This document shows, in pieces, positions 32,389 through 46,179 of a DNA stretch of 64,000 bases. The stretch lies in assembly GCF_009914755.1 (NCBI RefSeq), contig NC_060926.1; one strand, written 5' to 3'. Below the pieces are notes generated by a model that saw only the letters and a list, made by a program, of their open reading frames with translations, was not told where the DNA came from and did no database searches. Origin of the DNA: the human T2T-CHM13v2.0 reference genome, Homo sapiens. The position numbers and the translations under genes were made by a program. Each line of letters starts with the position of its first letter. Position 1 is the first letter of the stretch.

Positions 32389-32692
32389 GGCCAGGCACAG
32401 TGGTTCATTCCTGTGATCCAAGCACTTTGGGAGGCCACGGCAGGCGAATCGCTTGAGCCTAGGAGTTTGTAACCAGTCTGGGCAACATGGTGAGACACCA
32501 CCTGTACAGAAAGTACAGAAATTAACCAGGCATAGTGGCACATGCATGTAGTCCCAGTTACTTGGGAAGCTGAGGTGGGAGGCTCACTTGAGCTCAAGAA
32601 GTTGAGGCTGCAATGAGCCATGGATGTGCCACTGCACTCCAGTCTTGTTCCAACAGAGCAAGACCCCATCTCAAAAAGAAAAAAAAAAAAAA
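32389..32692 (+). mobile_element. AluJ
   Basis: Diverged full dimer (gcttgagcctaggagttt, gttgaggctgcaatgagccatg) with an A tail. Confidence 0.92.
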
Positions 32693-32724
32693 GACTTGTT
32701 CCATTGCATATTAGTATTTCTGAG

Positions 32725-32885
32725 TTTCCTTTGTTTCTTTTCCTTTCCTTTGCTTTTTTTGTTTGTTTGTTCTCCCTTCTCCCTTCCTTCACCCTGCCTC
32801 CCTCCTTTGTTCTCTTCCTCCCACATGCCTTCCCTTCCTCCTTTCGTCCTTTCTTTACTTTTGGCTTATTTTTTTTTTTTTTTTT
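32725..32885. repeat. CT-rich low-complexity tract ending in poly(T)
   Basis: Seen directly. Confidence 0.85.
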
Positions 32886-32919
32886 GAGGATGCCGCATAT
32901 GAAAGAGTCACTTATTTTC

Positions 32920-33737
32920 TTGTATTAATTTTATTGAGAGGCATGATATGCAAAAAATAAACTACATTGATTTAAATTGTAAAATTCGAAGAGTTTGACA
33001 GATTTATATGTACATAAAGCTACCACCACAGTGATGATCCAGAACACTTCGACAACTACAAAATATTTTTCATATCACTTTCAGTTTGTCATTTACCTAC
33101 ATCTAGTCCCAGTTGAAAATCAATCTGCTTTTTATCTCTAGATGTTACTGTGAATTTTCTTGCATTAAATACCTCTTTAATCATTTTTGCCTTGCTCCTT
33201 TCATTTGTCATAATTTCGAGATTCATTCATGCTGATGTGCTTTCTTAAAGAGACTATATAATTTTATATTCTCTTAAGCAGTATATGGGACTTCCAGTTC
33301 CTCCCGGTTCTCACCAACAACTTGATATTATCAACCTTTATAATTTTAGCTATGATAATAGATATGTAATGGAATTTCATTTTGGTTTTAAATTACATTT
33401 CCCTGATGATGAATGTTGAGCATCTATTCATGTGGTAATAACATTATCTTATCTTCATTTTTGAAGTGTTTGTTCAAATCTTTTGCTATTTACTTAATTG
33501 AGTTTTGTCTTTTTATTATTGAGGTAAAAAATAGTTATCTTTTCTGGTCACAAATACTTTGTCAGATATTTGTATCATGAATAATTTTATTCATTCTGTC
33601 AATTACCTATTCATTATTTCATTTTGTCTTTTGAAGAGAAAATGGTTTTAATTTGATAAAATCAAACTTCATTTTTTGTTTTTGTTTTATAGTATCTACA
33701 AAATACTGCCTAAATTATGATTGCAAAGATATTTTCA
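32920..33737 (-). mobile_element. Old L1M (MB/ME-like) 3' fragment
   Basis: Antisense L1 motifs (gagattcattcatg, tttccctgatgatgaatgttgagcatct, gaagtgtttgttcaaatc). Confidence 0.75.
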
Positions 33738-34022
<285 letters not shown>

Positions 34023-34399
34023 CATATATATTATATTTCTTCTTAGTAGAAAAATTTGCTGGTATAAGATTATCTACATTTTCCTTTCCAGGTCTTTAGG
34101 ATTTATGAGCCCCTCTTGTATTTCTGATATTAGCTGTGTGTTTTTTTCCCTGTCTTACAAATAGTCTGAGTTTTTGTCAATTTCTTGATATTTTCAAATA
34201 ACCAACTTTTTGTATTATGAAAATCAAATATTAGAAATAACTCAAATATTATTCAGCAATAAAATAGGATAGATAAGTTAATTGTATTGTATTTATTCAG
34301 TGGTAAACTATTCAGCAATAAGAATAAACAAACTACTGCCATACAGAACAATATGCAAAATTCATGCAAATTCTTACAAATTTGAGTGCGTCTATATAT

Positions 34400-35140
<741 letters not shown>

Positions 35141-35637
35141 TATAAATCAATAGATAGGTATATAGATGATAGATGGATGATAGATAGATGATATATATAG
35201 AAAGAGACAGATAGCTATAGACAGTCAATAATATTCAGCTACATTATTTATGGTTTATTTTTTGTCTTCTATATATATGTTAAAAACACACACTCATACT
35301 TCATATAATCCAAGTCAATGTATGAAAAGTGTAACAAGAGTAGTTTATCAAAGTTGCAACATATTTCACTGAAAGTCAGAAGATGAGGATGGCAAAGTCG
35401 GGTGAGAATTTGTAGATAAGAATGACATACGATCATTGCTTTAACAAATAGGCAGTATTTTACCTGGTGGAATCTAAATAAAGGCAATTAAAAGAGGAAG
35501 TTGCTGAGGCAGCAATGGTGTGAAAAGTGGGCAGGTGCAGGACATGACAGTCAACCAGCTTGTAGCTCATTGTGACTGGAGTCAAGAATAAGGGTAAGTG
35601 TTACAGGATTGTTGGGAGAAAACATACAAAAAATGGG

Positions 35638-35768
35638 TTTTCTGTTTTGTTTTTTAGAGACAGGTTCTTGCAATGTTGCTCAGGCTGGTCGTGCATGGGC
35701 TGAAGCAATCTACTTGCACTGGCCTCCCAAATTGCTGGGATTGTAGACATAAGCCATCATATGTGGCC
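35638..35768 (-). mobile_element. Free left Alu monomer (FLAM-like)
   Basis: Single monomer agagacagg...gctcaggctggtc...ggcctcccaaattgctgggatt...tggcc, flanked by acaaaaaa on both sides. Confidence 0.8.
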
Positions 35769-35867
35769 ACAAAAAAGTTTTTAAAAGTTAGCAAATGCTT
35801 TGTAAATGATAATTATTTTATTTGATTATCTCAGCAACCATAAGGTATAAGTAGCATTATGATCTCC

Positions 35868-38226
35868 TCTATTAGTCCATTCTCACACTGCTATAAAGAC
35901 ATACCCAAGAGAGGGAAATTTATAAAGAAAGACGGTTTAGTTGTTTCATGGTTCTGTGGGCTGTACAGGCTTCTGCTCCTAGGGAAGCCTCAGGAAACTT
36001 ACAATCATGGCAAAAGAGAAGCAGGCACATCTTCACATGGCTGGCAGGAGAGAGGGGCGATGGAAGGTGCATACACTTTGAAAGAACCAGCTCTCCTTAT
36101 TAGAACTCTATCACAAGAACAGCACAGGGGAAGTATGCCACCATGACTCAATCACTACCCACCAGGCCCCTCCTCCAACACTGGGAATTACAATTCAACA
36201 TGAGATTTGGGTGGGCATACAGAGCCAGACCATATTATTCTGCCCCTGTGCCCTCCCAAATCTTAAGTCCTTCTCACATTTCAAAACACATTCATGCCTT
36301 CCCAACAGTTCCCCAAAGTGTTAACTTATTTCATCATGAACTCAAAAGTCTCAGTCCAAAGTAAAAGTCTGAGACCAGTCAAGTCCCTTCCACCAATAAG
36401 CCTGTAAAATCAAAACTAAGTTACTTTCAATATACAATGGGTGTACAGGCATTGGGTAAATGCTGCTGTTCTAAAAGGGAAAAATTGAGGAAAACAAAGG
36501 GGCTACAGGCCCCTTGCAAGTCTAAAACACAACAGGACAGTCCTTAATTCTTAAAGCTTCAAAACAATCTCCTTTGACTCTATGTCCCACTTCCAGGCCA
36601 CACCAATGCAAGGGGTAGGTTCCCAAGGTCTTGGACAGCTCTGCCCCTGTGGCTTTGCAGATTACAGCCACAGTAGATGCCTTCACAGAATTTCCTTGAG
36701 TGCCCAACTTTTCCAGGCACATGGTACAAGCTGTCCGTGGATCTTCGATTCTGGGCATTTGAGGACGGTGGCCCTCTCTTCACAGCTTCACTAAGCAGTC
36801 CCCCAGTGGGGACCCTGTGTGTTGGCTCTAACCCCACTTCCCCCACCCCAATACTACCATAGTAGAGGTTCTCCATGAGGGCTCCAGCCCTGCAGCAGAC
36901 TTCTACCTGGACATCCAAGCATTTCCATACATCCTTTGAAATTTAGGCTGAGGTTCCCAAGCCTCAACTCTTTTTTTCTACACACCTGGAGGCTTAACAC
37001 CACATGGAAGCCACCAAAGCTTGGGGCTTGCACCTCGGAAGCAATGGGCCAGGCTGTACCTTGGCCCAATTTAGTCATGGCTGGAGCTGGAGCAGCTGGG
37101 AAATAGAGTGTAATGTCCCAAGGTTGCACAGAGCAGCGAGTCCCTAAACTTGACCCATGAAACCATTTTTCCCTCCTAGGCCTCCAGGCCTGTGATCAGA
37201 GGGACTGCTGCAAACGGCTCTGAAATGCCTTGGAGACATTTTCCCCATTGTGTTGGCTATTAACATTTGGCTCCTCTTTACTTATGCAAATTTCTTCAGC
37301 AGACATAAATTTCTCTCCAGGAAAAAAGAAAATGAGTTTTTCTTTTCTGAAAAACACTCATGGTAAAGCTGCAAATTTTTCAAACTTTTATGCTCTGTTT
37401 TTCTTTTAAATATAAATTCCAGTTTCAGATAATCTCTTTGCTCACACATATGCTCTTAGAAGCAGCCAGGCCACATCTTGAAAGCTTTGCTGCTTTGAAA
37501 TTTCTTCTGCCAGATACTCTAAATCATCTCTCTCATGTTCAAATTTCCTCAGATCTCTAGGCCTAGGAAACAACACCACCAGGCTCTTTATGAAAGCATA
37601 GCAAGAGTCAACTTTACTCCAGTTCCCAATAAGTTCCTCATTTCCATTTGAGATCATATCAGTCTGTATTTCATTGTTCATATTACTATCAGGATTTTGG
37701 TAACAACCATTCAACAAGTTTCTAGTAATTTCCAAACTTTCCCTCATCTTCCTGCCTTCTTCTGAGCCTTCCAAACTGTTCCAACCTCTGCCCACTATCC
37801 AGTTCCAAAGTTGCTTCAACATTTTCAAGTATTTTTATATCAATGCCTCACTTCTCTGGTACCATTTTTCTGAATTAGTTAATCCCACACTGAGGTAAAG
37901 ATGTATCTGAGATTAGGAAATTTAGAAAAGAAAAAGAGGATTAATCACCTTATGGTTCTATGGGCTGTACAGGCTTCTGCTTCTTGGGAGGTCTCAAGAA
38001 ACTTACAATTATATTGGAAGGTGAAGGGAAAGAGGGCACATCTTCACATGGATGGCAAGAGTGAGAACGAGGTGCTGCACAATTTTCAAACAACCAGATT
38101 TCATGAGAACAGTAAGGGGAAAGTCACCCCAATGATTCAATCACCTCCCACCAGGCCCCTCCTTCAATAGTGAAAATTAAAATTTGACATGAGATTTGGG
38201 TGGGGACACAGAGCCAAACCATATCA
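35868..38226 (-). mobile_element. MST (MSTA-like) MaLR provirus: 3' LTR 35868-36237, internal 36238-37870, 5' LTR 37871-38226
   Basis: Two LTRs (gggctgtacaggcttctgc...gagatttgggtggg...agagcca.accatat.a) flank a ~1.63 kb internal region collinear with THE1-int. Confidence 0.95.
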
Positions 38227-39329
38227 TCTAATATATAAATGAGGCTTTCCAGTGTTATACCAGGTGGGCAATACTAGGATTTCTCTTCATCTGCTTGTAA
38301 CTACAGAGATTGCTATTTCATTAATTGAGATTTACTTTCTTATATAGAGGAACTATAAGCTCATATTAAATTGTCAATTTTAAACAATGTCAGTGTTATC
38401 ACATCTCATTATTATTGGGGAAACTGAGATTTGATAATAATTAATTTTATGGTTATTTTAACTTCTGTCTCAAAGTCAAAAATTAATTTAACATATCCTT
38501 TATGTTTATATCTTTATACTTTACTTGCACATATCATCTACATGGAATCTAGTTGTTTTAAAATTAGAATATGTCAGATACTAGGAAAAGATACATTTCC
38601 ATGTCACTGTTGTCTCTTGAACTCAATAGCATGAGCTAGGAATTAGAAATTACTCAATTAAAATGGCATGATATATGCATATTGTTCTGTCCATTAAAAA
38701 ACTAAAATAAAATAGCAGCAAACTGAGACATTATTTTAGAGAAATTCTAAAAACATCAGATTGCATCTATAAAGAAGCCCCAAGATTTTCCCCATAGAAA
38801 AATTATGTCAGCTAGTTATTAAAAGGTGATGAACACTTTTTTTAACTATTAGGTAAAATATTCCAAGTTTTAAAATAAAATTTATACCTATGTGACTGCA
38901 TACAAAAAAAAAAGGTAGTAAAGCTTGCTTAGAAGTAGCAGCAAAGATAAAGTTTGACATTTCCATATATCATTTCCAGTTTTTGAGGTCAAACACAAAT
39001 CTGCACTTAGAGATGAATTGTTCACAGGTTGCCAATTTTAAAAGATAAGTCAGGTTAACTTGGCTGTATCAGCAAATTTGATGAAGTCCAATAAACTTGG
39101 AAGAGGCAACTCACAACTTTCTGTCAGGGTACTCAAGCAGAATCTAAATTCTAGGGTTATTGAAGTTGAGGCTTCCCTAATTGCAATTGTAAGTAGTGTT
39201 GGTGTAACGTGAAACCCATTCTTCAGATCTACAAGGCACTTGGTGTGCCAGTTTCTCTATGTTGGGTATTTTAGGAACACAAGATCCAACTGAAAGAGCA
39301 GAAAAGGTCTACTGCAGAATTGCACAGAC

Positions 39330-39452
39330 TGTGTATGTATATATATATATACACACACACACAGCAATTTTATTGTATATACTATATCTACACACACATA
39401 CACACGTATACAAATCTATACATATAAGTATATACACATGCACATATATACA
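39330..39452. repeat. Compound (TA)n/(CA)n microsatellite
   Basis: Seen directly. Confidence 0.85.
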
Positions 39453-40894
39453 GTCTAATTTACTTATTTTTATTGCTTTATGATCAACTTATTTCTTCTC
39501 TTATATGGATATCAAACCTCATTTTATTGAGATAATTTAAATTCTAACCTTGTCTATTAAGTTTTAGATAATTTGTTTGATGTCAAATTATCATAAGGAT
39601 ATTTTGAAACTCAAATTATACTGATGATATCAGTCTTAGGAATTTCAAGACACAAATAAGTTTTGGCATTGAATCCCTGGACAATGATTTAGAGAAGAGT
39701 ATAATTTTACATATATCATATTGCTAGGGAATAAAACTGAGTAGAATTAAGAATCTGGAGAATATCTGAAGAAAGATTCTGCTGCTTCAACAGTGCTTCT
39801 TATTCTGTCACTGACAATAGAAAATATTCCCCTGAAAGGCACAATATACAGAGTTCCAGCACTCTGACTCTTATGTGCTTACAAGACAATTAACATTTTA
39901 TAAAATATTCGTCTTGCTACTTTCCACATTCATGACTGACTTAATACAAATACCCTGTATTGTTCATCAAGGGCCCATAAGCATCATTTCATTTTTCTTT
40001 GAATAATCACATTATTCCCTCAACCCATATATCTGTATGTGGTGATTACAATTCTTGCCCATCAATCTATATTCCTTTTTCCCACATACAGTATTTATTG
40101 AATGGATCAAGGGAACGATCCTTCAAACAAAAATAGGATTGGCTAGTCACAATTAGGTTATTAATACATCAGTAAAGTTACTGTTCTTCAAAAAAATGAG
40201 AATATAAATCTTCAAATAGATTTACATTAATGTAGACCTGTTAATGAGCAACTGTGGTATAATTTTTCAAAACCTGTGTGACTTTGTCACTTAATAAAAT
40301 TTACATAATATTTTAAGGTCCTCATTTTTGTAATTATCATAGAAATCACTTATGGTAGCAAATGTCTTTCTGACTATTGACAGCTTCTAATATTTTTCTC
40401 TCAGTTTTAATAAAATATTAACACTTTTTTCAGGGAATGAAAATAAGCATTATAATATATTAAGTAGGTTATCTACTGTAATTGGAGTTTATCAAACTTC
40501 ATTACTAAAGCATTAAGCTAATCCAATATCTTTTCCACAGATTGCAAAGGGACATTTATTTATAAAATAACTGAACAAAATGTAACTCAAAAATCATAAA
40601 TTTCAACAAATCTTCGGGAAAGCAAATTTTGGGGGGATCAAAATTACATAGAAATATAATTTTGTAGTTGTCTACAAAAGCAGAATTTTGTAAAAATATT
40701 AAAGGATATTTTATTTCCAAAGTTATAAAATCATGTTTACCATCTAATAAAAAAGAGCATTAAAATAAATAGGTAGTTAGGATATCCATAGCCTATCTTC
40801 CATAATTATAGGTAAACTGTTGAATCCTAAAAACTTTTGATATTGAAGGCATTTCCATGTGACTGTTTAGCACATGATTTTGAATTTTAGGTGT

Positions 40895-41334
40895 TGGGAT
40901 GGTTGATCTTGTGTGTCAAATTGGTTAAGATACAGTGCTGAATTGTTTCATCAAACACTAGTCTAGACATTGCAGTAAAGATATTTTGTAGACGTTATTA
41001 ATATGCAATTGATTGACTTTGAGTGATAAAGATTACCATCAGAAATGTGGGTGGGCCTCATGTGACCAGCCTAAAGAGCAAAAATGATGTTTTCTTGAAA
41101 AGGGAATTCTGCCTCAAGACAGTAACATACCAACACTGCTTGAGTTTCAAGGCTGATGTCTTATCTTACAGATTTGATATTCCACACTACAACTTCAAAT
41201 TTTGCCTGAGTTTCTAGCAGTTGGCCTGTACTGTGGACTTTAGACACAAGTCCCATAAACACATGCACCCATTCCTTAACATCTTAATCTCTACCCTTTT
41301 GGTTATGTTTTTCTAGATAACCCTGACTGTTACA
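40895..41334 (+). mobile_element. MLT2 (D-like) 5' LTR of the ERV-L provirus
   Basis: tgggatggttgatcttgtgtgtcaaattgg...ggttatgtttttctagataaccctgactgttaca, followed directly by the ERV-L leader (gattgttgg...gtggttctag). Confidence 0.85.
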
Positions 41335-44300
41335 GATTGTTGGACATAGTGGTTCTAGAAAAATCTAATCTTAATGATCAGTTCTTGGAAGTGATTCTAA
41401 GGTTTCTGAAATTGGTTTTCTAATCTGGTTAGCTTTAAAGGCACTAATGACTCTATTTTCAGTAGTAAAGAGCACATTGATAGTATGTGGTGTGGTGTGG
41501 CAATGGAGATACACAAAATATCACCAATGCATATTACTAATAAAATATTTATAAGACCCTGAGGGACCATAATACCTTAGAACATTTTTGTCAAATTAAT
41601 GAATATAATGAGAGTGGCTGGTTCCTCCTAGTTGTACTAGATAAATTGGGGGGAAAAAAGATAATCTCATGGCTTCAAATTCCCAGCACAAGTGCTGCAT
41701 AAATAACCAGGAAGTTTCTATGTCTGTCCTGAAAGAAACCCTCCCATAGCTGCAGAGCTGAGATTACTGATAACCAAACCCAGAGTCTCATCCTGCAAGT
41801 GGCTGAATTACAACACAAATTGAATTCACAGCCTCACAGAGAAGACATTACTTGGGATGGAATGAAATCTTGAGAATTTGAATGAAGACATTGCAAAGCT
41901 CCTGATAAAAGTGGGGCCCTTGAACCCCTAAATTCTGATGAGTCATTTTTGTAAGTAGAAGCAGTGCTTCCCCCATATAAGATTACTCCTGCTTTGCTGA
42001 GGAACTGCCAGCTTACCCTGAGGCAGTTATCTTGCAAGACACTGCTGGGTCTTCTCAGAATCTGCTGCCACCATCCATCTTTGGTTCTAGACCTCTAACT
42101 AGACTCAAGTCTCTACAGGCCCCAAAACATTAGATACAAAGTGTGACATGAGGAGATGCACTGCATTCTAGAACTATATGATGTTTTCAATTTATATAGT
42201 CAGAGATTAGGAGAATATTTGTAGGAATTGATATTAAGGATGTGGAAAAATGGTGAAAGAAACATGAAGTTGGGTGAGGATAAATGTATTGGTATTGGTC
42301 TGTTAAGCAGAGATTATGGATTAAATGTTGCAGCTCAGGGTATTAGAAAGGCTCCAATAGTCTGACTTGATTAGCTGGCTGAAACACAGAACAAAAGGTG
42401 TCCTGTATTAAATGAAGGATATATGCCAGAACTACTTTGATACACTGTAGAAGAAGGTATCTAAAGGTTAAGGAGAGTAAAATGTTAGAGTGTATTTACC
42501 ACGTAAAACCTGCTCGCCCTCCCAGAGTACACACCTTTTACCAGGACTGTGAGGAATAAATTTATGAGAGGACCTCCAGCATCCTTGAAGAGCTAGGAGG
42601 TTGCTCTTTGGAGGTAAAGCATTATAGTGATAACGGCCACAACTGAGGTGGGATCCTTAAGTCTAATGGGGATAACTGAATTGCAGGGTGGTAAGGCCAA
42701 GTGACAGCACTTAATTGCCAAAGACAAGGTGGGCATGGTTACCATAACAGACAGCAGAGTCAGAGCAGTAATCAACATAGTCTGACTTGCAGAGACCTAT
42801 GGCATTGGCTAATTGATCATGGTGTCCCTGGAAGTCAAATAGATGAGCAGTATATAATCTTACTTGATCTTTTAAAAATAAATTTATGGGGTGCATGTGT
42901 AAATCTGTGACATGCATAGATTGCATAGTGATATAATCAAAGTGGAAGGGTACTAGGTCAAGTGAACAAAAGTCTAACTTGAATCATCAACATAGAGAGC
43001 CATGGCCTCGTAAACTGAAGCCAGTTAACAGACCCAGAACCTCATGAACAAAGGGGAGACTGGGTCCCTTTGAGGAGGGGCACCACTATACTGCCAAAAA
43101 TGTATACTGTTAATCTTTCTCTTAGCCTTCTCTACCCTACTTTTACCATATTAGTTAGTGTACACTGGGAACAAGGAAAGAATCAGATTTTGAAGAAATT
43201 ACAGAACACTGCCTCTGAACTGACACCAATTATAAGACACTCAAAATATCACTGTGGCCAGATGATATTTGGCCACAACATCATGAAAGTCAGGTGCTTT
43301 ATCTTAGACTCATCTCACAGTGGGTACAGTGAGTCCCCACACCTATTCTATGGTGATTTCCCCAGTTCCAGAATGCGTAATTGGAATAAACACAATCAGC
43401 AGCTGGCAGAATCCCCACATCAGTTTTCTGACCTGTGAAGTGATGGTTATTATGGTGAGCAATGCCAAGTGGAAGCCACTACAACTGTCTATACCTATAA
43501 AAATAGTGAGTCAAAAGCAGTCCCATCTTCCTGGGAGGATGATTCCAGAGACTAATGACAACATTTTAAAATGAAAGGATGCAGGGGTGGTGATTCCAAC
43601 CATATTCCCACTTGACCTGCACAGAAAACAGATAGATCTTGGCAGATGAGCATGTGTAACTGTAAACTTACCCAGTTGGTGATTCCAAATGCAGCTGCTA
43701 TTCCAGATGTGATCTCCTTGCTTGAGCAAATTAGCACACCCCCTGGCACCTGGTATGTAACTACTGAGCTGGTGAACTTCATTTTCTCTCCATACTGTTA
43801 GTAAAGACTACAAGAAGTAGTTTGCTTTTGGCTGGCAATTCCAGCAATGTTTCTTCACTATCCTACATCAGAGATATATGAACTCTCCAGTCCTCTGTCA
43901 TAATTTTGTTATCAGAAACTTTATCTTTCTCTTCCACAAGATATCACATGGGTCCATAACATTGGTGACATTATGCCGATTGGTCCTAGTGAGCAACAAG
44001 TAGCAACTACTCTAGACTTATTTGTAACATATTTGCATGTTGAGGGTGGGAAATATATCTGAAAAAAATTTAGGGTCTTCCACATCAGTGAAATTTCTAG
44101 GGTTCCATTGGTGTGAGGCATGCTGAGTTATCCCTTCTAAGGTGAAGGATAATTTGTTGCATTCTGGCCTCTCCTACAACCGAAAAAGAGGCATAATGAT
44201 TAGTTGGCCTCTTTCGATTTTAGAGGCAATATATTCCTTGTTTGGGTATGTTAGTTTGGCCCATTTACCAAGTGACCCAACAAACAGCTAGCTTTGAATG

Positions 44301-44539
44301 GCACCCAGAACAAGAGAAGGCTCTGTAACAAGTCCAAGATGCTGTGCAAGCTGCTCTGCAACTTCCATTATATGATTCAGCAGATCCAATGGTGCTTGAA
44401 GTGCTATTGGCAAATAGTGACTCTATTTGGAATCTTTGGCAGGTCCCTGTAGGTGAATCACAAAGTAGTCTTTAGGATTTTGAAGCAAAGCCCTGCCTTC
44501 CTCTGCAGATAACTTCTCTTCCCTTGAGAAATAGTTGTG

Positions 44540-44869
44540 TTTTCTTTGTGTGTTTTTGTTGTTGTTGTTGTTGTTGTTTTGTTTTTGAGACAGAGTCTCA
44601 CACTGTCACCCAGGCTAGAGTGCAGTGACGTGACCTCAGCTCACTGAAACCTCCGCCTCCCTGGTTCAAGCAATTCTCCTTGCCTCAGCCTCCCAAGTAG
44701 CTGGGATTACATGTGCCCACCACCACACCTGGTAAATTATTTTGTATTTTTAGCAGAGATGGTGTTTCACTATGTTGACCAGGCTGATCTTGAACTCCTA
44801 ACTTCGTGATCCACCCGCGTCAGCCTCCCAAAGTGCTGGGATTACAGGCATGAGCCACCATGCCTGGCC
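44540..44869 (-). mobile_element. AluS nested in ERV-L pol, tail converted to (TTG)n
   Basis: Full antisense dimer ending ...tgcctggcc. Confidence 0.93.
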
Positions 44870-45411
44870 GCTGTTTTTTTTTTTTTTTTTTTTTTTTTTT
44901 GCCTTGCTATCGGACCTTAGACTGATTGCCTAACCATGGACCACCGAGTTACCATGGGACCTGAGCTCCCATCATGGCCTGGGTGTGATCTAACCTGCCA
45001 AGCCACAAGTTGGACATATACAGCAGCATAGCATCATCACATGGAAGTGTTATATACAAACATAAGCTTCAATAGGCCTCAAAGGCACAAGTAAGTTACA
45101 TGAGGAAGTAGCTCAAATGTCCAAGGTTCCCACTTCATCTGTTATCTTCTCTCCCAGCCTGCACCTGTGGCCTCATGGGGAGTTTTCTATAATCAGTTGA
45201 CTGAAGTAGAAAAAACTCCAGCCTGATTTACAGATGGTTCTACACAATACACAGGCACTATCCAAAGTGGACAGCTGCAGCACTACATCCCCTTTCTTGG
45301 ACATCCCTGAGAGACACGGGAAAGGGAAACCCTCCCAGAGGGCAGAACTTGAAGAGTGCATCACTCTATTTGAAGTGAGAAATGGCCAGATGTGCAATTA
45401 TGTACTGATTC

Positions 45412-46179
45412 TGTAATTACCTGACAGGTTCATTTTGCCTGCTGCCCAGAAAAGCTAATGCACTAACATAGCAGATTTTTGCAATAGAGAAAGTTTATTA
45501 AATGCAGAGCTGGATGAGAAAAAGACCAGTGTTTTTTGCTCAAATCAGTCATCCCCAAAATTCGAAGGCTAGGGTTATTTAAATATAGTTTGGTGTGTAG
45601 GGGGCTAGGTCATGGAGAATGCAGACTGATTGTGTTGGGGATGAAATCATAAGGAGTCAGAGCTTGTCTTCTTGCCCTGAATCAGTTCCTGGGTGAGAAC
45701 CACAATACAAGATGACCCAGTTTACCGGTATGGGTGGCACCAGCTGCTCCATCAGAAGGTATGGTCTGAAAAATACCACAAACACCAATCTTAGGTTTTG
45801 TAATGGTAATGTTATCTATAGGAGCAATTGGGGAGCTTAGAAATCTTGTGACCTCTGGCTGAATGACTGCTGAGACATAATATCTAATCTTGTGGTTAAT
45901 TTGTTAGTTTTGCAAAGGTGGTCTTTCCCCCAAGCAAGGAGGAAGTTTGTTTTGGGGAGGGACTGTTATCTTCTCTGCTTCAAAATCAAACTATAAATTA
46001 GTTTGCTTGGCCTATGTCCAGAAATTAGCCAAAGTTAGCTTGGCCTATGTCCAGAAATGAACAAGGGGCAGCTCAGAGGTAAGAAGCAACATGGAGTCAG
46101 CTAGGTCTAATGTCTTTCACTCTCATAATGTTCCTATGTCAGATTTTTCTCACTAACAGCTTTTACAAAGGCAGTTTCA
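45412..46179 (-). mobile_element. ERV1 solo LTR (LTR8/LTR8A-like) nested in ERV-L pol
   Basis: The minus strand starts TGAAACTGCCTTTGTAAAA and ends ...CAGGTAATTACA. ERV-L RNase H sequence continues on both sides. Confidence 0.85.

Noticed and set aside
32322-32960. Overlapping ORFs up to 156 aa with hydrophobic or Lys-rich stretches
   Set aside because: They are translations of an Alu plus a CT-rich low-complexity tract.
35863-38231. THE1 and MST proviruses share flanks TCTCC (left) and TCTA (right), hinting at target preference
   Set aside because: There are only two cases of 4-5 bp and the TSDs are decayed. Chance is sufficient.
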